Source: Archangiaceae bacterium (GTDB taxonomy: Bacteria > Myxococcota > Myxococcia > Myxococcales > Myxococcaceae). From it: 28,177 nt of DNA. Positions 27,449 to 28,177 of the stretch are shown here, piece by piece. The stretch spans positions 1-28,177 of the forward strand of contig JAYVCD010000337.1 of assembly GCA_043750125.1 (NCBI GenBank), read 5' to 3'. The stretch's first letter is position 1. Each line of letters opens with the position of its first letter. A program made the translations under genes and the position numbers. Under the pieces are notes generated by a model, which ran no database searches, had not been told where the DNA came from, and saw only the letters and a list, made by a program, of their open reading frames with translations.

Positions 27449-27736
27449 TCAGGCCCGGGTCATGATCTCGAGCCGCCTGGAGCGCGCCACTTCGAGCCGG
27501 GTCTCGGTCTGCTTCAGACTCTCGAGCTTCGCTTCCGCGGCCCTGGCCAGCTTGACCTGACCTTCGAGCTTCTTGAGCTTCACTCCCATCGCCTTGCTGC
27601 CTTCCGACGTGAAGCGGCTGGTCCCCGGGTGTGGCAGCGCCCCGTGGGTGCCTTTCGCGCCCCAGCTGGGCACCTTGTTGTGGATGCCCTTGATGCCACC
27701 GCTGATGCCCGTATTGCCTGCGCGACGCATCGACAT
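27449..27736 (-). CDS. Small basic hypothetical protein (95 aa; Gly-rich N-terminus, coiled-coil C-terminus)
   Basis: AAGGA RBS upstream of ATG 27736. GC3-rich codons. Confidence 0.65.
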   Translation of the reverse strand: MSMRRAGNTGISGGIKGIHNKVPSWGAKGTHGALPHPGTSRFTSEGSKAMGVKLKKLEGQVKLARAAEAKLESLKQTETRLEVARSRRLEIMTRA

Positions 27737-27877
27737 GTTTCCAGTCCTTGAAAGCGGGGGATTCCGTCGTCCGATTTGCACGCCGGAGACCAATCGAAAG
27801 GCCCGTGGCTCTGTGGGGGTGGCCCGCCGAAGTGTGCGCGTCAGTGGACAGGTGTCCTCTGCGAGCCTCAGCCGTGA

Positions 27878-27931
27878 CCTGAAAAATGAACAGGCCCAGA
27901 GCGAACGAAGCTTCCGTTCACCCTGGGCCTG
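27878..27931 (-). terminator. Rho-independent terminator downstream of ahcY
   Basis: The minus strand reads CAGGCCCAGGGTGAACG-GAAGCTT-CGTTCGCTCTGGGCCTG (17-bp stem that closes fully only with minus-strand G-U pairs), then TTCATTTTT. Confidence 0.8.
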
Positions 27932-27947
27932 CCCGAAATGGCAAAGC

Positions 27948-28177
27948 TTAGTAGCGGTAGTTGTCAGGCTTGAACGGGCCTTCCACTGGCACGTTCATGT
28001 ACTTCGACTGCTCGGCGGTGAGCTTGGTCAGCTTCACGCCGACCTTGGCCAGATGCAGCGCGGCGACCTTCTCGTCGAGCTTCTTCGGCAGCACGTAGAC
28101 CTTGCCCTTCTCGAACCTGGTCCCGGTATCCAACGAGCCCCAGAGCGCCAGCTGCGCGAGCATCTGGTTGGTGAACG
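27948..28177 (-). CDS. ahcY: Adenosylhomocysteinase, C-terminal part (5' end outside the window)
   Basis: FTNQMLAQ...[39 protein letters not shown], the characteristic AhcY C-terminus. Confidence 0.97.
   Translation of the reverse strand, partial: FTNQMLAQLALWGSLDTGTRFEKGKVYVLPKKLDEKVAALHLAKVGVKLTKLTAEQSKYMNVPVEGPFKPDNYRY

Noticed and set aside
27780..27947. SAH/SAM riboswitch near ahcY
   Set aside because: This is the 3' side of ahcY. The hairpin is explained as a terminator, and any riboswitch would lie outside the window.

Overview
This is a GC-rich chromosomal segment whose gene content points to a myxobacterium (Myxococcota). Evidence: a MYXO-CTERM-type sorting signal, a myxococcal-type PilZ protein, Gly/Thr-linker lipoproteins and a sigma-54 two-component system. 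It holds about 25 intact CDSs. Metabolic and housekeeping genes: acyltransferase plus atypical SDR, saccharopine-dehydrogenase-like protein, NUDIX hydrolase, Dps, a stand-alone TruB-like pseudouridine synthase, ManC and the 3' end of ahcY. Signalling and envelope genes: PilZ, HAMP histidine kinase, NtrC-family activator, an M57-like metalloprotease, several unknown secreted proteins or lipoproteins, and a TonB-dependent receptor-YfiR pair. Three localized pseudogene loci sit among intact genes. Most notable are (1) an sthA relic collapsed to four colinear blocks by three internal deletions, (2) a TBDR-YfiR module with no adjacent signalling enzyme, (3) a consensus sigma-54 promoter that would give an almost leaderless mRNA for a secreted coiled-coil protein near a split HK/NtrC pair, (4) a Fur-like palindrome upstream of dps inside the neighbouring CDS, and (5) an unexplained ~0.7 kb gap at 22.3-23.0 kb. 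No rRNA, tRNA, CRISPR array or transposase was seen. All family calls come from motif recognition, not database searches.
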